IMG/VR virus record: IMGVR_UViG_3300032323_002909
Coordinates: 86,462-150,461 of that record
Source: a virus
Length of the DNA stretch: 64,000 nucleotides
Reading direction: 5' to 3' (one strand)
Positions 28,215-39,660 of the stretch are shown one piece after another; the first letter of the stretch is position 1; the number at the start of each line of letters is the position of its first letter. Position numbers and translations under genes: made by a program. The notes under the pieces are model-generated. The model saw only the letters and a list, made by a program, of their open reading frames with translations. It was not told where the DNA came from and made no database searches.

Positions 28215-30008
28215 TTAGTTATCGGCGATTAAATTAGCAATTAATTTTTGTTGAATTTCTACAATTAACGTGAAAATCCTTTGTAGTGTAATAGTATTGA
28301 CACTTTCATTACCATTCATTTTCAGATTATTTAAATCATATTCAATTTGTTTTATATTGCCCAATAAAACATCATCATTTCTTATAATATATGAATTGAT
28401 TGCTTTGGTATGTAGCGTTAAAATGTCAGCTGTTATATTGAATAACTGCCTATTTAGAAATATACCGAAAGAATCACTGACACAATCAATATCGATGAAG
28501 TATTTTTTTAAACTTCTATTGATAGCCGACTGATAGGTATCAATTATGGGTTGTTTCAACGTATATAACCTACGAGAATTGTGTAAAAGATGATAATTGG
28601 TATCACCTTTACTCAATTCTTTGAAATTTATATTCACTATATTAGTGTTTTCTCCCGAATTCAATGTTATTAGTTTATTGTCGAATACATAATAAGCATC
28701 TTTAAAGGTTAATCTTGGTAGATATTTTAAATTATAATCTCTAAATGTCGCTGATGCGTATGATGGATTTGAAATATACCTACACTCTATTCTATTTTTC
28801 GTATTGATGAAAAATATATTAGAATCGAATGAAGAAAATTTTAAAACATATTTACTAGAAATTGGGAAACTTGATAAAATGTTATCAGTAAAACTGTTTT
28901 CAAAATCAAATGGATCGAAGAAACATATTCTATACTCATTAACATTTCTATACAATATAGATACCAGATCATCAACACTTCGAATGTCAATTGCTAATGC
29001 TGTGGTTATACCCAGATCATTCAATGGTATAGTTGCTAATACTTGAGATCCTTTTTTATTATAAATGTATAAAACTTGGTCATCATCAATAAAAGTCCTC
29101 ATCTTGCTGCCAAATTTCACACTATCAACATTGTTCTCGTTTAATATGAAATTCTTTTTCTCGAAAAATTGTTTTACTTTAATGAATTTAATTTTGTCTG
29201 TAAATTTTAATTCAAAATGTTGCACAGGTTTTAATTGTAACTTATCCACCAATATCAAATGATCAAAAATATTTTCACCCTCACCTCCACATGATATAAA
29301 ATTTAAACCTTCATAAACACAAACTTCATCATTTATCATGATATTGATTTTATTATCAACTTCATCATAATAAATACCATAAATTTCTTGTTTTTCTTCT
29401 AACTGTAATGATTTATAAGTTAATTCTTTTCTGTCTGTGAATGAACCTATGATCAAAATTAAATCTTTTCCAGTAGAACATAAATATTTAAAATTCTGAT
29501 TGGACTGCACGATAAAATCACCATATTTTATCTTTTCCAGAAAGCTCCATTCTACACTGTCATTAAGATTTGCCGCATATAGCGAATTAATCTTACCAGT
29601 CATGTCATCTGGATTATTTACATTAGTCGATGTTAACCCATAAAAATGACAATTATTGTTATCGAAATCAACTATTTGAGGATTTTGAGTAAACAATGAT
29701 TTAAAAACGATCAAATTGTTGGTATTGATAGCATCGAATATTTTATCTAATTCATTTTTATTTAAAATATCAAAAGAATTGCTAAAATATGGTTTAATAC
29801 TCTCAATAGAATTATACTGGTTATCAAATTCTAATTTTTTTAGATAAAAATTTGACATGAAATTTTGTTTAGGGGTCAACAGTTCTGAATTACTGTCTTT
29901 CAATTTTCCAGTATATGCGTTATCATCTACTATTGTGAAAAAACCACTGTAATCAACGTTGTTTAACGTAAAAGCATCGCCATTTGTATATTTGAAGTAT
30001 GAAATCAT
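28215..30008 (-). CDS. Putative baseplate/tail structural protein
   Basis: Long beta-rich ORF in baseplate operon, TAAATA upstream of neighbours. Confidence 0.55.
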   Translation of the reverse strand: MISYFKYTNGDAFTLNNVDYSGFFTIVDDNAYTGKLKDSNSELLTPKQNFMSNFYLKKLEFDNQYNSIESIKPYFSNSFDILNKNELDKIFDAINTNNLIVFKSLFTQNPQIVDFDNNNCHFYGLTSTNVNNPDDMTGKINSLYAANLNDSVEWSFLEKIKYGDFIVQSNQNFKYLCSTGKDLILIIGSFTDRKELTYKSLQLEEKQEIYGIYYDEVDNKINIMINDEVCVYEGLNFISCGGEGENIFDHLILVDKLQLKPVQHFELKFTDKIKFIKVKQFFEKKNFILNENNVDSVKFGSKMRTFIDDDQVLYIYNKKGSQVLATIPLNDLGITTALAIDIRSVDDLVSILYRNVNEYRICFFDPFDFENSFTDNILSSFPISSKYVLKFSSFDSNIFFINTKNRIECRYISNPSYASATFRDYNLKYLPRLTFKDAYYVFDNKLITLNSGENTNIVNINFKELSKGDTNYHLLHNSRRLYTLKQPIIDTYQSAINRSLKKYFIDIDCVSDSFGIFLNRQLFNITADILTLHTKAINSYIIRNDDVLLGNIKQIEYDLNNLKMNGNESVNTITLQRIFTLIVEIQQKLIANLIADN

Positions 30009-32200
30009 TTGAAGTATGTGATATTATTTATTTCTGTGGTGAGAGGAGTGTATCTGTTACACGTATCAGCAACTATTAAATTCAACTCGTTTTTTATATT
30101 TTCAGGTAAATCAACATTTCTAATCAAAACATTGATATAATTAGATTTAAATGCTTGATTATTACATACGGTTTGGAATAAATCTATATCATCTTCGCTG
30201 TTTCTTTGATCACAAGGTAAAGTTACTTTAATATTGTCAATAGCGATCAATTTGTTCGTAAATGGTAAAATTAAAGATTCATTGACTGTTAATGATCTAG
30301 TATATATGTCAAAAATTAAATCTTTTGCGGTAGTATTGAAATTCCCAAATAATAATTTTTTATCATAAAATTGAAATGGGTCGAAGGTTATATTCAAGAC
30401 AATACCACCATTTAAGTTTACATACCCGATTCCTTTTTTAGAATTTAGAGAAAACACCAAAAAGTTTTTCTTTAATTTTTTTATAGCCTGTGATGTAGTA
30501 TATTCGGTATATGTATTATCACTAGGATCGAATAATACATACTCGAAATTAATAGTATCGTTTGTTTTCACTATAGACAACCCAGCATCTATATTATTTC
30601 TACTACTATTAAACACCCAATTGTTACCATCGCCTTCAAATACCATAAATATGGTAAATTCGCCATCAGTATTTATATTTTCGAAATAATTAAAACTGTT
30701 TATGTCGCATTTATCCACTATATTACTAGATAACAAAGTATTCGATAATGTTTCTAGATTACCAATTCTTTCATAAATGAATTCATCGTTTGCTTCTATG
30801 ATAAAATCACTTTTTTTGTCAAAAATTTGAAAAGCGGATAGAGAATTATTGGTTGCTGTATTAGCATTCACATATATTTCAATCAATTCTTGATATGTTG
30901 GATTGAAAGTTGATCTAAGTTTTAACGCTTCCTCTTTTTCGATCATGTCTGGATAGTAATATCTATCCACCCATATTTTATTATCACCTAGAGGAGAACC
31001 AGATAACCAAGTGCAGAGGTATACTTGCCCATCATCATAACCATTATCATTATCCAGTCTATATACCCTATCTGCATAAATGGGGGTATCGAAAGAAAAT
31101 GCACCACATTCTACAAATTTGCTATCATTAATGTTTAATCTAATATAAGGAAATATACTACTAGGTGCCTTTATGTAATTTATACCTGATTTTATAGTGT
31201 ATGATTTATTGTACAATACGTAATTCAATGCTAATGTTTCGTCTTTTTCTTTATCTATATCATTAAAAATTGAAGTATAATCTCTCATACCCTCCATGAA
31301 AAACAATGATGTGTTACTAGAAAGCAAATTATTACCCGATGTGAATACGTCATCTTGAGTCAATTGATTTTTCAATGTAATGATTTCAGGATTATTATCC
31401 TTCACATGTATTAGATAATTATTTTTTAAATTTTTAGTTATGAGATTGTTTGGTATATTATTGGCTAAATCGTAACCCACCAGACTAAAATTATCACTAC
31501 TATTAATATTATTGTATAAAGGTCTATCTATCAATATGGCATTATTTATTGATAATGTTTTGTTATCTTCTTCAAATGTTTGAAGAGACAAACTATTGCC
31601 TAATTTTGTTAAAATTTTACAAATACCACCACTATTTTCAAATAAACACAGTGAATTGTTTGTTTTTGAGTAGATATAATTAAAAGTTATTGGCTCGATA
31701 TTAGCACCTTTGGCATAAAAAGATAATATACCCAGATTATCAATCCCTAAATAATATTTTTTATAATTGAGTGATGCATATACTCTGCATCTGTTCTCAC
31801 TCATGAATTCTATAGTAAATTCTGACGATTGATTAGCACTTGTTTCAAAATTGTAATCACCGTATTCTAAATATTCGTTGAATACTCCCAAAGTTGCCAA
31901 TAATCTGCGGTCTTTTAAACTAAATTTTAAATAATTACTTCCAAAATTTAATTTTGTAAGCATTGCTTCTGATTTAATATCGTCTTTTGTGGATTCTTCG
32001 ATATTATCTAGCAACATTTCATCGGTAAGATAAAAAGTGCTGTAATTTTTATGTTTAACGTCTCTAATTTTTGTAAAAGCATTATAAAAATTTAGTGACA
32101 ATCCACCATCGTAATACCTTTTATATTTTTTTAAGATATTGGTGTCACTTACAAATTCTCGGGGCTTGCACGATGATAATTTTTCTACAGATACATCCAC
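30005..32200 (-). CDS. Putative baseplate/tail structural protein (GTG start)
   Basis: 731 aa; TAAATA-N5-GTG; possible C-terminal LamG-like beta sandwich. Confidence 0.55.
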   Translation of the reverse strand: MDVSVEKLSSCKPREFVSDTNILKKYKRYYDGGLSLNFYNAFTKIRDVKHKNYSTFYLTDEMLLDNIEESTKDDIKSEAMLTKLNFGSNYLKFSLKDRRLLATLGVFNEYLEYGDYNFETSANQSSEFTIEFMSENRCRVYASLNYKKYYLGIDNLGILSFYAKGANIEPITFNYIYSKTNNSLCLFENSGGICKILTKLGNSLSLQTFEEDNKTLSINNAILIDRPLYNNINSSDNFSLVGYDLANNIPNNLITKNLKNNYLIHVKDNNPEIITLKNQLTQDDVFTSGNNLLSSNTSLFFMEGMRDYTSIFNDIDKEKDETLALNYVLYNKSYTIKSGINYIKAPSSIFPYIRLNINDSKFVECGAFSFDTPIYADRVYRLDNDNGYDDGQVYLCTWLSGSPLGDNKIWVDRYYYPDMIEKEEALKLRSTFNPTYQELIEIYVNANTATNNSLSAFQIFDKKSDFIIEANDEFIYERIGNLETLSNTLLSSNIVDKCDINSFNYFENINTDGEFTIFMVFEGDGNNWVFNSSRNNIDAGLSIVKTNDTINFEYVLFDPSDNTYTEYTTSQAIKKLKKNFLVFSLNSKKGIGYVNLNGGIVLNITFDPFQFYDKKLLFGNFNTTAKDLIFDIYTRSLTVNESLILPFTNKLIAIDNIKVTLPCDQRNSEDDIDLFQTVCNNQAFKSNYINVLIRNVDLPENIKNELNLIVADTCNRYTPLTTEINNITYFK

Positions 32201-32208
32201 AATATTAT

Positions 32209-32694
32209 TTAATTGAATGGTGTCTCGACCTCTACTAGTAATCCATCTTTTTTGGTTACAAATTGATGTATTTTTTTATCTGTTTTCAGCACAGTATTCA
32301 ACAAATACATATCTTCGATACTTTCCTCATAATCATAATTTGTGATTGTTATGGGTATGGTGAACGTAGAGACATCATTATTACAATATTTTAAAGTGCA
32401 TACTGCCGTAAGTTGATGTGTTTTATTATCACCATTTGGATAATAAATATTCTTAAAAGTTTGATAGAAAAATGATGAGAAAGCATTATTTATCAATAGT
32501 TTTGGAGTAAAAATATCATTTTCTATGAATATGGTGACACCATTACCCCAATCTACGTGCAAATACAAAGGTAAAAATTTTTCAGATATGCCGAAAACAT
32601 TTAATTCTAATTCGGTAATGTCAACTATAGACAGAGGGACTGTCGTATTGAAATTTGTATTATTCGAGGATAATGAAAGGGTTGCAGTGTTCAT
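32209..32694 (-). CDS. Putative structural protein, PKD-like
   Basis: DWGNG motif. Confidence 0.5.
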   Translation of the reverse strand: MNTATLSLSSNNTNFNTTVPLSIVDITELELNVFGISEKFLPLYLHVDWGNGVTIFIENDIFTPKLLINNAFSSFFYQTFKNIYYPNGDNKTHQLTAVCTLKYCNNDVSTFTIPITITNYDYEESIEDMYLLNTVLKTDKKIHQFVTKKDGLLVEVETPFN

Positions 32695-35240
32695 TTTTGA
32701 TCGTATTGGTTCAATTTCAACATCTTGAAAGGATTTATTCTACACTCCATTTCAATTATACTGAAATACTTAGCATCATCTTTTAATAAGAATGAAATAT
32801 TGAATATATTTTTCTTAGAATTGTAAGATATTTTTGGAGTATCCAAATACGTAAAACTAATATTACCAACAGTTATTTGTGGAATATCCAAATCTTTAAA
32901 TATTTTTATTTTATGATCTATGGTATCATATTCATAAATTGTCGGTATGATTTTGAAATTGCTTCCCCCTTCGATATTAACTCTATTTGAGATAACAAAA
33001 TACACGAAATCATCTTTTTTGTAAGCATTGCTTATTTTATTGAAATTGTCGTTATTGTGTGTGAATCGATAGGTTGATTCTGAAGGTGTCAAAAATTCCC
33101 CATTATCGTAATTTATTTTTGTTATGATATAGTTATTTGTTGTTTCTATGAACAACACATCAGATGTTATATCAAATGCCCTCACACCACTGACACACTC
33201 ATTATAAGTTGATAGTGGTAAAACATCTGCCAAATACGACAATTGAGTTTCTAGTTTTGAAATCGCCATATCATAAGCATTTCTAACATAAATACCACCT
33301 TTCAAGTTGTATCTTTCGTATAATGTTTTGTTTTCCCCTTCTGGTGTATCATCAATTAATGTCGGTAAGAATACCGTACTATCATAGACACTACCTACAC
33401 TAAAATCTTCACCTTGAGAAGTATTAGAAAACGATCCACCATCAATTAAGTATGCAGATAGGTTGTTTGGCACTACTTCCATAGTCATATTAGCAGTTAA
33501 TGATGGAAACAATGGGTCTACTAATGCTCTCTGTAAAGGATTTATACTATGTATACCACCTTCTACCAATATCGAATAATAATACGAACCGCTATTTTCA
33601 TATGCACTTAAGTCGGACGCGATGGTATCGATATATGGAACTTCACCATCGGTAAAAAATACACCATCGAAAGTATTTACGATTGGAAAATATTCAGGGC
33701 TATAATAAAAATAATCATTTGTGAATGTTCCAGCTATTATCTGTGTAAAGTTACCACTGAGGACAAATCCATTTGTAAATGAGCTTAACCCTGATCTAGT
33801 AGTATCCGTAAAGGTAGTGTTGTCAACAACTGAATAATCAAAACTATACCCTTCACCATAAAGATAATCGAAAAATGTGTGACCATTCAGTATTTGATAC
33901 GCTGAAAATTGATCATTATCTTTTAGGATGGATTTTTTAAAACTGCCATCATTTTTCATCAAACCAAATAGATTATTATAAATATCTTTTTTAGAATCTT
34001 GTATATATCCTTGTGTGAAAACATCATCAAGATATTTTTTAGAATTTGGTTCTATTTTTGATATGTATCCATAATATTTGCTATCATCTTTTTTACTAAA
34101 TGGTTTATTAGTTGCTTTACCAGATGTAAAATTTCGTCTAACCGAGTCATCACTATTAATAAAGGTTAAAACATCACCATTAACTCCTCTTATGTTTGGA
34201 TCAGGGAAATAATAAATTGTATTTGGTTCAAGTCTATCTAAATTATATGTATATCTCGTTGTATTGCCATCAATATTGATAATTGATGTTTTATGTGGTC
34301 TGAAAAAGCCAATAGTGTCTGGAGTGACTAATACTTTCTTGTCACTAGACGCTGTCGTTGGGTTATCGATATTGAAAAAATTTAAAGCTGGTCTATCTGC
34401 TTTGAACAATAAACCAGATACAAAATCAGTCACTGTGGAACCAGTCGATAAATAGTAGAAATCGTTGCCAATGTATTTTTGGGTTAATTTTCTTTTATTA
34501 TCTAATAAGTCATTTATTTCTTTTTGTTCCAGTTGTTTTTCGCTAAAATTTGAAAATACTTCTGTAATTAATTCGTTATTATCTTTTAAAAAAAGATTTA
34601 AATCGTAGTCTAAATCTTTATTGTCGTATATTTTATCATTTGGTGTTTGATTAAAATATAATGGGTAGATATCATATAATTCTTCGATTTCTATGTTCAA
34701 CTCTTCTTTTAAAATGTTGATATCGAATAAATATGCGCTATCTTGTAGACCTTCCAAGTAACTAATTATATTATTTTTTAATTCTGTCTTTAAAAGATTG
34801 GATGTGCCAGTCATCTTTTTCTTGATGACTTGATATTTGAGTTCCTCTCTTTTTTTATTGTAGAAATTAGATATTTCTATTAATTTTTTACTATAAAAGG
34901 GTACCGCTAATTCTAAATCTAGAGGATCATCTAAATTTATTTGTGATAGAAATTTTTTCTCATCTTCATTTGTATAATTGAGAGATATATCTTTGATGAA
35001 ATCTCTATATTTTTTTACAATAGTAGTTTTGGAATCTTCTTCTTTTAAATTTTTTACACTGTGCCATTCTTTGATATAGCTTACGTAAACCGACTGCATT
35101 AACTGTGGTGATATTACACTGTCTATTATTTTTATAAATTCCAAAAACGAGAACGGGTTTTCCAAATCTAAAGCATTAGTACTACTAACGTTAGGATTCG
35201 TTATCGATTTTGGAACAATATAATTTAATGTATCAGCCAT
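32691..35240 (-). CDS. Putative baseplate structural protein
   Basis: 849 aa in baseplate operon. Confidence 0.55.
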   Translation of the reverse strand: MADTLNYIVPKSITNPNVSSTNALDLENPFSFLEFIKIIDSVISPQLMQSVYVSYIKEWHSVKNLKEEDSKTTIVKKYRDFIKDISLNYTNEDEKKFLSQINLDDPLDLELAVPFYSKKLIEISNFYNKKREELKYQVIKKKMTGTSNLLKTELKNNIISYLEGLQDSAYLFDINILKEELNIEIEELYDIYPLYFNQTPNDKIYDNKDLDYDLNLFLKDNNELITEVFSNFSEKQLEQKEINDLLDNKRKLTQKYIGNDFYYLSTGSTVTDFVSGLLFKADRPALNFFNIDNPTTASSDKKVLVTPDTIGFFRPHKTSIINIDGNTTRYTYNLDRLEPNTIYYFPDPNIRGVNGDVLTFINSDDSVRRNFTSGKATNKPFSKKDDSKYYGYISKIEPNSKKYLDDVFTQGYIQDSKKDIYNNLFGLMKNDGSFKKSILKDNDQFSAYQILNGHTFFDYLYGEGYSFDYSVVDNTTFTDTTRSGLSSFTNGFVLSGNFTQIIAGTFTNDYFYYSPEYFPIVNTFDGVFFTDGEVPYIDTIASDLSAYENSGSYYYSILVEGGIHSINPLQRALVDPLFPSLTANMTMEVVPNNLSAYLIDGGSFSNTSQGEDFSVGSVYDSTVFLPTLIDDTPEGENKTLYERYNLKGGIYVRNAYDMAISKLETQLSYLADVLPLSTYNECVSGVRAFDITSDVLFIETTNNYIITKINYDNGEFLTPSESTYRFTHNNDNFNKISNAYKKDDFVYFVISNRVNIEGGSNFKIIPTIYEYDTIDHKIKIFKDLDIPQITVGNISFTYLDTPKISYNSKKNIFNISFLLKDDAKYFSIIEMECRINPFKMLKLNQYDQK

Positions 35241-35245
35241 TTTTA

Positions 35246-37333
35246 TTATTTAACCAGTCCGAGGGATTGATAAAGATTGTCTCTGAATAAAAAATTGATC
35301 AGAAATGACCTAAATTCAGGTAATTCGTGTTCCACGAGTATAAATTCTCCGTTTTGTGTTAATAATGGTTGATTATCTTCACCTCTAATAACATATTCCG
35401 AAAACAACATATCGTAATATATACTACTATTGTCCAATATGGTATTATCATATACAGTATTATCGTAGCCATCAACATACTCGAAAAATAAATAATATTT
35501 TTCCATGTCTTTATATTGAAATTCTGATGGTAAAACTAATCCCCACCCCCAATTCGAATTATACCCCGATAATTTGTAAGAATTCGTCCCTGTTTCTTCA
35601 GTTGGTTGTCTAGTGTTTAACAACGTATATTCATTACTAAATTTTTCGAGTGCTACTATAGGTATACCTGCTGATATTGTGTATGTGTCAGTGTTAATAC
35701 GATCACCTAAATTCGTTCCATATATTTCTTTTGTCGAGAATCCTCTAATATCAAAGTTTTGATTGAATTTATTTTTAATACCCAACAACTTATTATCGGT
35801 CATCGAAGATAAATCCATTATTCTTTTAATTTTTTCAGGATATGCTATTAACAGAGAGTCATAGATATTGTTGGGCGTTATCCCCATCATTTTCATCTGA
35901 GAAATCAATGCTGTAATTTCATTTCTATCAACATCTTGTGTATTACCTACAAAATTTGATATTTTTTCATATATTTTTTTACCCAAAGTATCATATGATG
36001 AGTCTATATTTCCAAATATTGAACCGATGAATTCATCAAACAGAATATTTTTCTCTAATAAAATTTCTTGAAATCTCAATCCTTTGAACATCTCAGTAGC
36101 ATCAAAGTCTTCATTTATTTTAGTCATCGAAATGAAATTTTGGGGATAAACATCAAATACATTAGATGCACCATTTAATGTGTAAACTGTTCCATTTATA
36201 GACGATATACTGCCACTTACTGTAATTTTAACATCGTTTAGTTTTTCATCGCTATCAAATATGATACTTTTCCGAACAGAACCATCGAAATTTTCAATAT
36301 TTTTTAATGTATAATACGCACTATCGATCAAATCTTCACCTGATAATACTTGAAATGTAAAGGTGGATGCTGATAATGGTTTAAGACTCTTAACAGTAAA
36401 ATGATCTTCATCTTTTACTTTTATCACAAAAGACATTTCAACATTATGAAATTTTTCACTATCAATATCAAACACTGTTGATGGATAGAATTCACCATCC
36501 ATACCATTGGTTGTTATACTAAACTTATTAATTGTATCATTTTCAATAATCTTTGCGGATAATGTTATCGAGGAGTTGTTATTGTATATTTCATTAGTTC
36601 TTCTATCGAAGAAAAACTCGATATTAACATCATCTATTGTATCATTTTTAAAAAATACTGTATTCTTACCAGAAAGACCAACATAAAATGAACCGTCATC
36701 ACTTTTATCAGCGAATACTAATGTATTGTTTGCAATTTTTGCATATACCTCTGATGTAGGTATGGCTATTTTATCAACTTCGATATATTCGAAAGACTTT
36801 TTTTGATAATTGTATTTTTTTTCAAACATTGAATAATTATTTTTCAAATGTCTGAATTTATCTGCCGTATTTTGAAAGTAATAAATACTATCAGAATTAT
36901 AAACTCTGTAATAAATATCACCTTGTTCAGTATTTAAAGGATAAAACGCTACAAGGTTGATAGGTCCTCCGATTTTACCTGTTTTCCATGTGATATCATT
37001 GTTGTATGTTGGATCGTCAAACGTTATATTAAAAGTATGTGGTAAAAAATCTTTAATTACTACTGGTTTAGAATTAACAGAAATGATGGCATTGGAAAAA
37101 CAATCATAAATTGTTAAATTAGTCACATATTTTCCAGCTTTTTCGTAATATTTTGTAGCTGTTAGTGCTGAAGAATAAGTATTGTCTCCAAAATCCCATA
37201 ATAATTTTATAAATGAAAAATTAGTTACATTTGGTATAAAAGTCAATGGGGTTTCCTTCAATGCGTAGGAACTCAAAGAATTTTGATTTTTGAAATCAAT
37301 TATAGAATAATTAATGTTTTCTAAATTACTCAT
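35246..37333 (-). CDS. PKD-domain baseplate protein (gp7-like position)
   Basis: WDFGD...YEKAGKY..NLT PKD motif; directly follows gp6. Confidence 0.6.
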   Translation of the reverse strand: MSNLENINYSIIDFKNQNSLSSYALKETPLTFIPNVTNFSFIKLLWDFGDNTYSSALTATKYYEKAGKYVTNLTIYDCFSNAIISVNSKPVVIKDFLPHTFNITFDDPTYNNDITWKTGKIGGPINLVAFYPLNTEQGDIYYRVYNSDSIYYFQNTADKFRHLKNNYSMFEKKYNYQKKSFEYIEVDKIAIPTSEVYAKIANNTLVFADKSDDGSFYVGLSGKNTVFFKNDTIDDVNIEFFFDRRTNEIYNNNSSITLSAKIIENDTINKFSITTNGMDGEFYPSTVFDIDSEKFHNVEMSFVIKVKDEDHFTVKSLKPLSASTFTFQVLSGEDLIDSAYYTLKNIENFDGSVRKSIIFDSDEKLNDVKITVSGSISSINGTVYTLNGASNVFDVYPQNFISMTKINEDFDATEMFKGLRFQEILLEKNILFDEFIGSIFGNIDSSYDTLGKKIYEKISNFVGNTQDVDRNEITALISQMKMMGITPNNIYDSLLIAYPEKIKRIMDLSSMTDNKLLGIKNKFNQNFDIRGFSTKEIYGTNLGDRINTDTYTISAGIPIVALEKFSNEYTLLNTRQPTEETGTNSYKLSGYNSNWGWGLVLPSEFQYKDMEKYYLFFEYVDGYDNTVYDNTILDNSSIYYDMLFSEYVIRGEDNQPLLTQNGEFILVEHELPEFRSFLINFLFRDNLYQSLGLVK

Positions 37334-39134
37334 TTGTTATTACTATTTTTTTGTATATTGATTGTGGATTGTAAAAGTATGGAAATTTGAAAAATTCCAA
37401 GGTTGTCGTTTGTGATACAATACTTTCATCAGAATTTTCATATATCGGATTCCATGCAAAAAATGATATACCATTGAATACTTCATTGTTATTAACCGTT
37501 TTGAGTCCAGATACTCCTTCTAATTTTAAAATGTTGGACGTTAATTGTGATAAATCCAATTTCTGACCCAATTTGTTATTAGAATTTTTGAAAAACTCCA
37601 ATATAATATCTCCGATTTTTCGTTTTAATGTTTCGGGATTTGTTCTAAAATTGTTTGTTCTGGATATTTCCAAATAACTACTGTTAATAACATCCAAAGT
37701 CGGTGTCGAGTTTGTATAACCAATATCAAATGCTACATAAACAGGATCTCTTGGTATGATCTCATGACTAATTATTTTTCTAGTCGAGGCTTTATCGATG
37801 ATAAGATTTTTTAAACTATTTGAAAGAAAAGGTGGATACGATCCATCCGTTGTTATTTCAAATTTAGGAACGCAAAATATGTTTACATTATTAAAATCAC
37901 AAGAATCCGCAAAATTTACTTGATTTATAATTACCCTATTCGATTTGTTAGGGTCTACGCAAATTTTGTAGAAGTAATCAATATATTCACTTATGAAAGT
38001 TTTATTACTAACTGTTTTAACAGATGCGATGATATTTGACAGTTCTTTGCCTAAAAATGCATCATCATAATCTTGTTCTGTTACCAATTTTAGCTGAGAA
38101 TTTAGATATTTTGGAACATTTTCTTTAATTTGTTCAACCGTTTCAGCATTTGAAACTGGTGTTGAATTTTCAGTATTGTTGAATGATAAAGTTCCAGTAT
38201 TTGACAAGTTTATAACCTCATCAGTGCTAATAACCGTTGTGTCGGCATATATTTCATTAAAACGTGAAGTGTTATAGTTGAATAACTTATTACCATTGAT
38301 AGCACCTTTGCTAATTATCCCTTTGGTATTATCACTTAACAGGTAATATATTGCCACCTCGTCTTCATTTTTCAATTTTCTACCAAAAACATCATTTCCA
38401 AATTTTACTTCATATAACCCATTATCGTTTAGTCTTACACTATAATATCGGTCGTTATTTCTGGCTAAGAAAATATTTTCAATCTGTTCATAACGATGCC
38501 ACTTACCGTCAATTTTTTCTTTAACATAAACACTTATAGTACCATCTGCAATAAAACGTACATCATTTTTATCTACTCTATTCTCTACGACAATTGGTAA
38601 AGTTTCAAAATCTACTCCAATAGCGGTATATATTGGATATTCATTGATATTACCTTGATATAAAATTAGATTATTTTTAATATTTTCAATGTTTTGCTCA
38701 CCCGAAACAGTCTTTTCAAATGTGAAATCATCTAAAATAGTGTATGCGATCTTATCAACTAGAAAAAAACTATATTTTTTGAGTGTATAGCTACCTTCGG
38801 GGAGAGCAGAACTTGCAGTGCAATCGACAGGAACTAATGATGTCTGTTTACCTGTTGGTTTATAACCTATTAAATTTACAATTTTATTTACATTTTCATA
38901 CAATGTTGCTTGCGAAAACATACTTTCGGATGCGGTCTGATTCAAATAAAACAGCAAAACATGGTAACTATATGCAATTATATCAATAAAAGCTGCTAAA
39001 TTACTACCTTCATAATTTTGATCAGTAAAAGTAGCATTTTCATTCAATCTTTGGATGATAAAATCTTTCAGAGAAAGAGCATCGAAATTGATGTAAGCGT
39101 TTTGTGGTAAATTGTATTCCAGAGATTCTTTCAT
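37326..39134 (-). CDS. 6: Baseplate wedge subunit, T4 gp6-like
   Basis: FD..SLK, FTDQNYEGSNL, LIGYKP, EVKFGNDVFG, ETVEQIK, VTEQDY. Confidence 0.9.
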   Translation of the reverse strand: MKESLEYNLPQNAYINFDALSLKDFIIQRLNENATFTDQNYEGSNLAAFIDIIAYSYHVLLFYLNQTASESMFSQATLYENVNKIVNLIGYKPTGKQTSLVPVDCTASSALPEGSYTLKKYSFFLVDKIAYTILDDFTFEKTVSGEQNIENIKNNLILYQGNINEYPIYTAIGVDFETLPIVVENRVDKNDVRFIADGTISVYVKEKIDGKWHRYEQIENIFLARNNDRYYSVRLNDNGLYEVKFGNDVFGRKLKNEDEVAIYYLLSDNTKGIISKGAINGNKLFNYNTSRFNEIYADTTVISTDEVINLSNTGTLSFNNTENSTPVSNAETVEQIKENVPKYLNSQLKLVTEQDYDDAFLGKELSNIIASVKTVSNKTFISEYIDYFYKICVDPNKSNRVIINQVNFADSCDFNNVNIFCVPKFEITTDGSYPPFLSNSLKNLIIDKASTRKIISHEIIPRDPVYVAFDIGYTNSTPTLDVINSSYLEISRTNNFRTNPETLKRKIGDIILEFFKNSNNKLGQKLDLSQLTSNILKLEGVSGLKTVNNNEVFNGISFFAWNPIYENSDESIVSQTTTLEFFKFPYFYNPQSIYKKIVITNE

Positions 39135-39143
39135 TATAATTAT

Positions 39144-39629
39144 TTAGAGTGTTGTATAGCCTATCGTGTTTAATTTCGATTTAATCGATAATCCTTCTAC
39201 GTTTAACGAAGGAACATTTATTTGTAAGTAAATTTCATATTCATTATCATCTGGTTTAGGAACCACAAGAACTCCAGATACTTCGATTCTTGGTTCACTC
39301 AGCGACAATTTTCTAATAATATCATCCTGTATCACATCTGCGGTGTATTTATTAATAGGTTCGAATAAAAATCTACGTAAATCTACTCCAAAAGTAGGAT
39401 TTAATATTTTTTGTCCAGGTGATGTTAGAAAACAATTCGCTACACTATTTTTAATTGCTTCGATATCAAAAATTGCTTGGACATCTTTCAAACTCTCTTT
39501 TTTATTGAGTTGACTATTCACATAATATTGTGTATTAAGGTCAAAATCGATATCTTTATACAAATAACCATTATCTAATGACTTTTGCTTAATATCGTTA
39601 TTTTTAAGAGATGTTATCTTTATGCTCAT
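39144..39629 (-). CDS. 25: Baseplate wedge subunit, T4 gp25-like
   Basis: YKDID, AIKNSV.N..LTSPG....PTFG..L..LFEP, EPRI. Confidence 0.9.
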   Translation of the reverse strand: MSIKITSLKNNDIKQKSLDNGYLYKDIDFDLNTQYYVNSQLNKKESLKDVQAIFDIEAIKNSVANCFLTSPGQKILNPTFGVDLRRFLFEPINKYTADVIQDDIIRKLSLSEPRIEVSGVLVVPKPDDNEYEIYLQINVPSLNVEGLSIKSKLNTIGYTTL

Positions 39630-39660
39630 ACAATTATTTAGATTCTTATTAAATAATTGT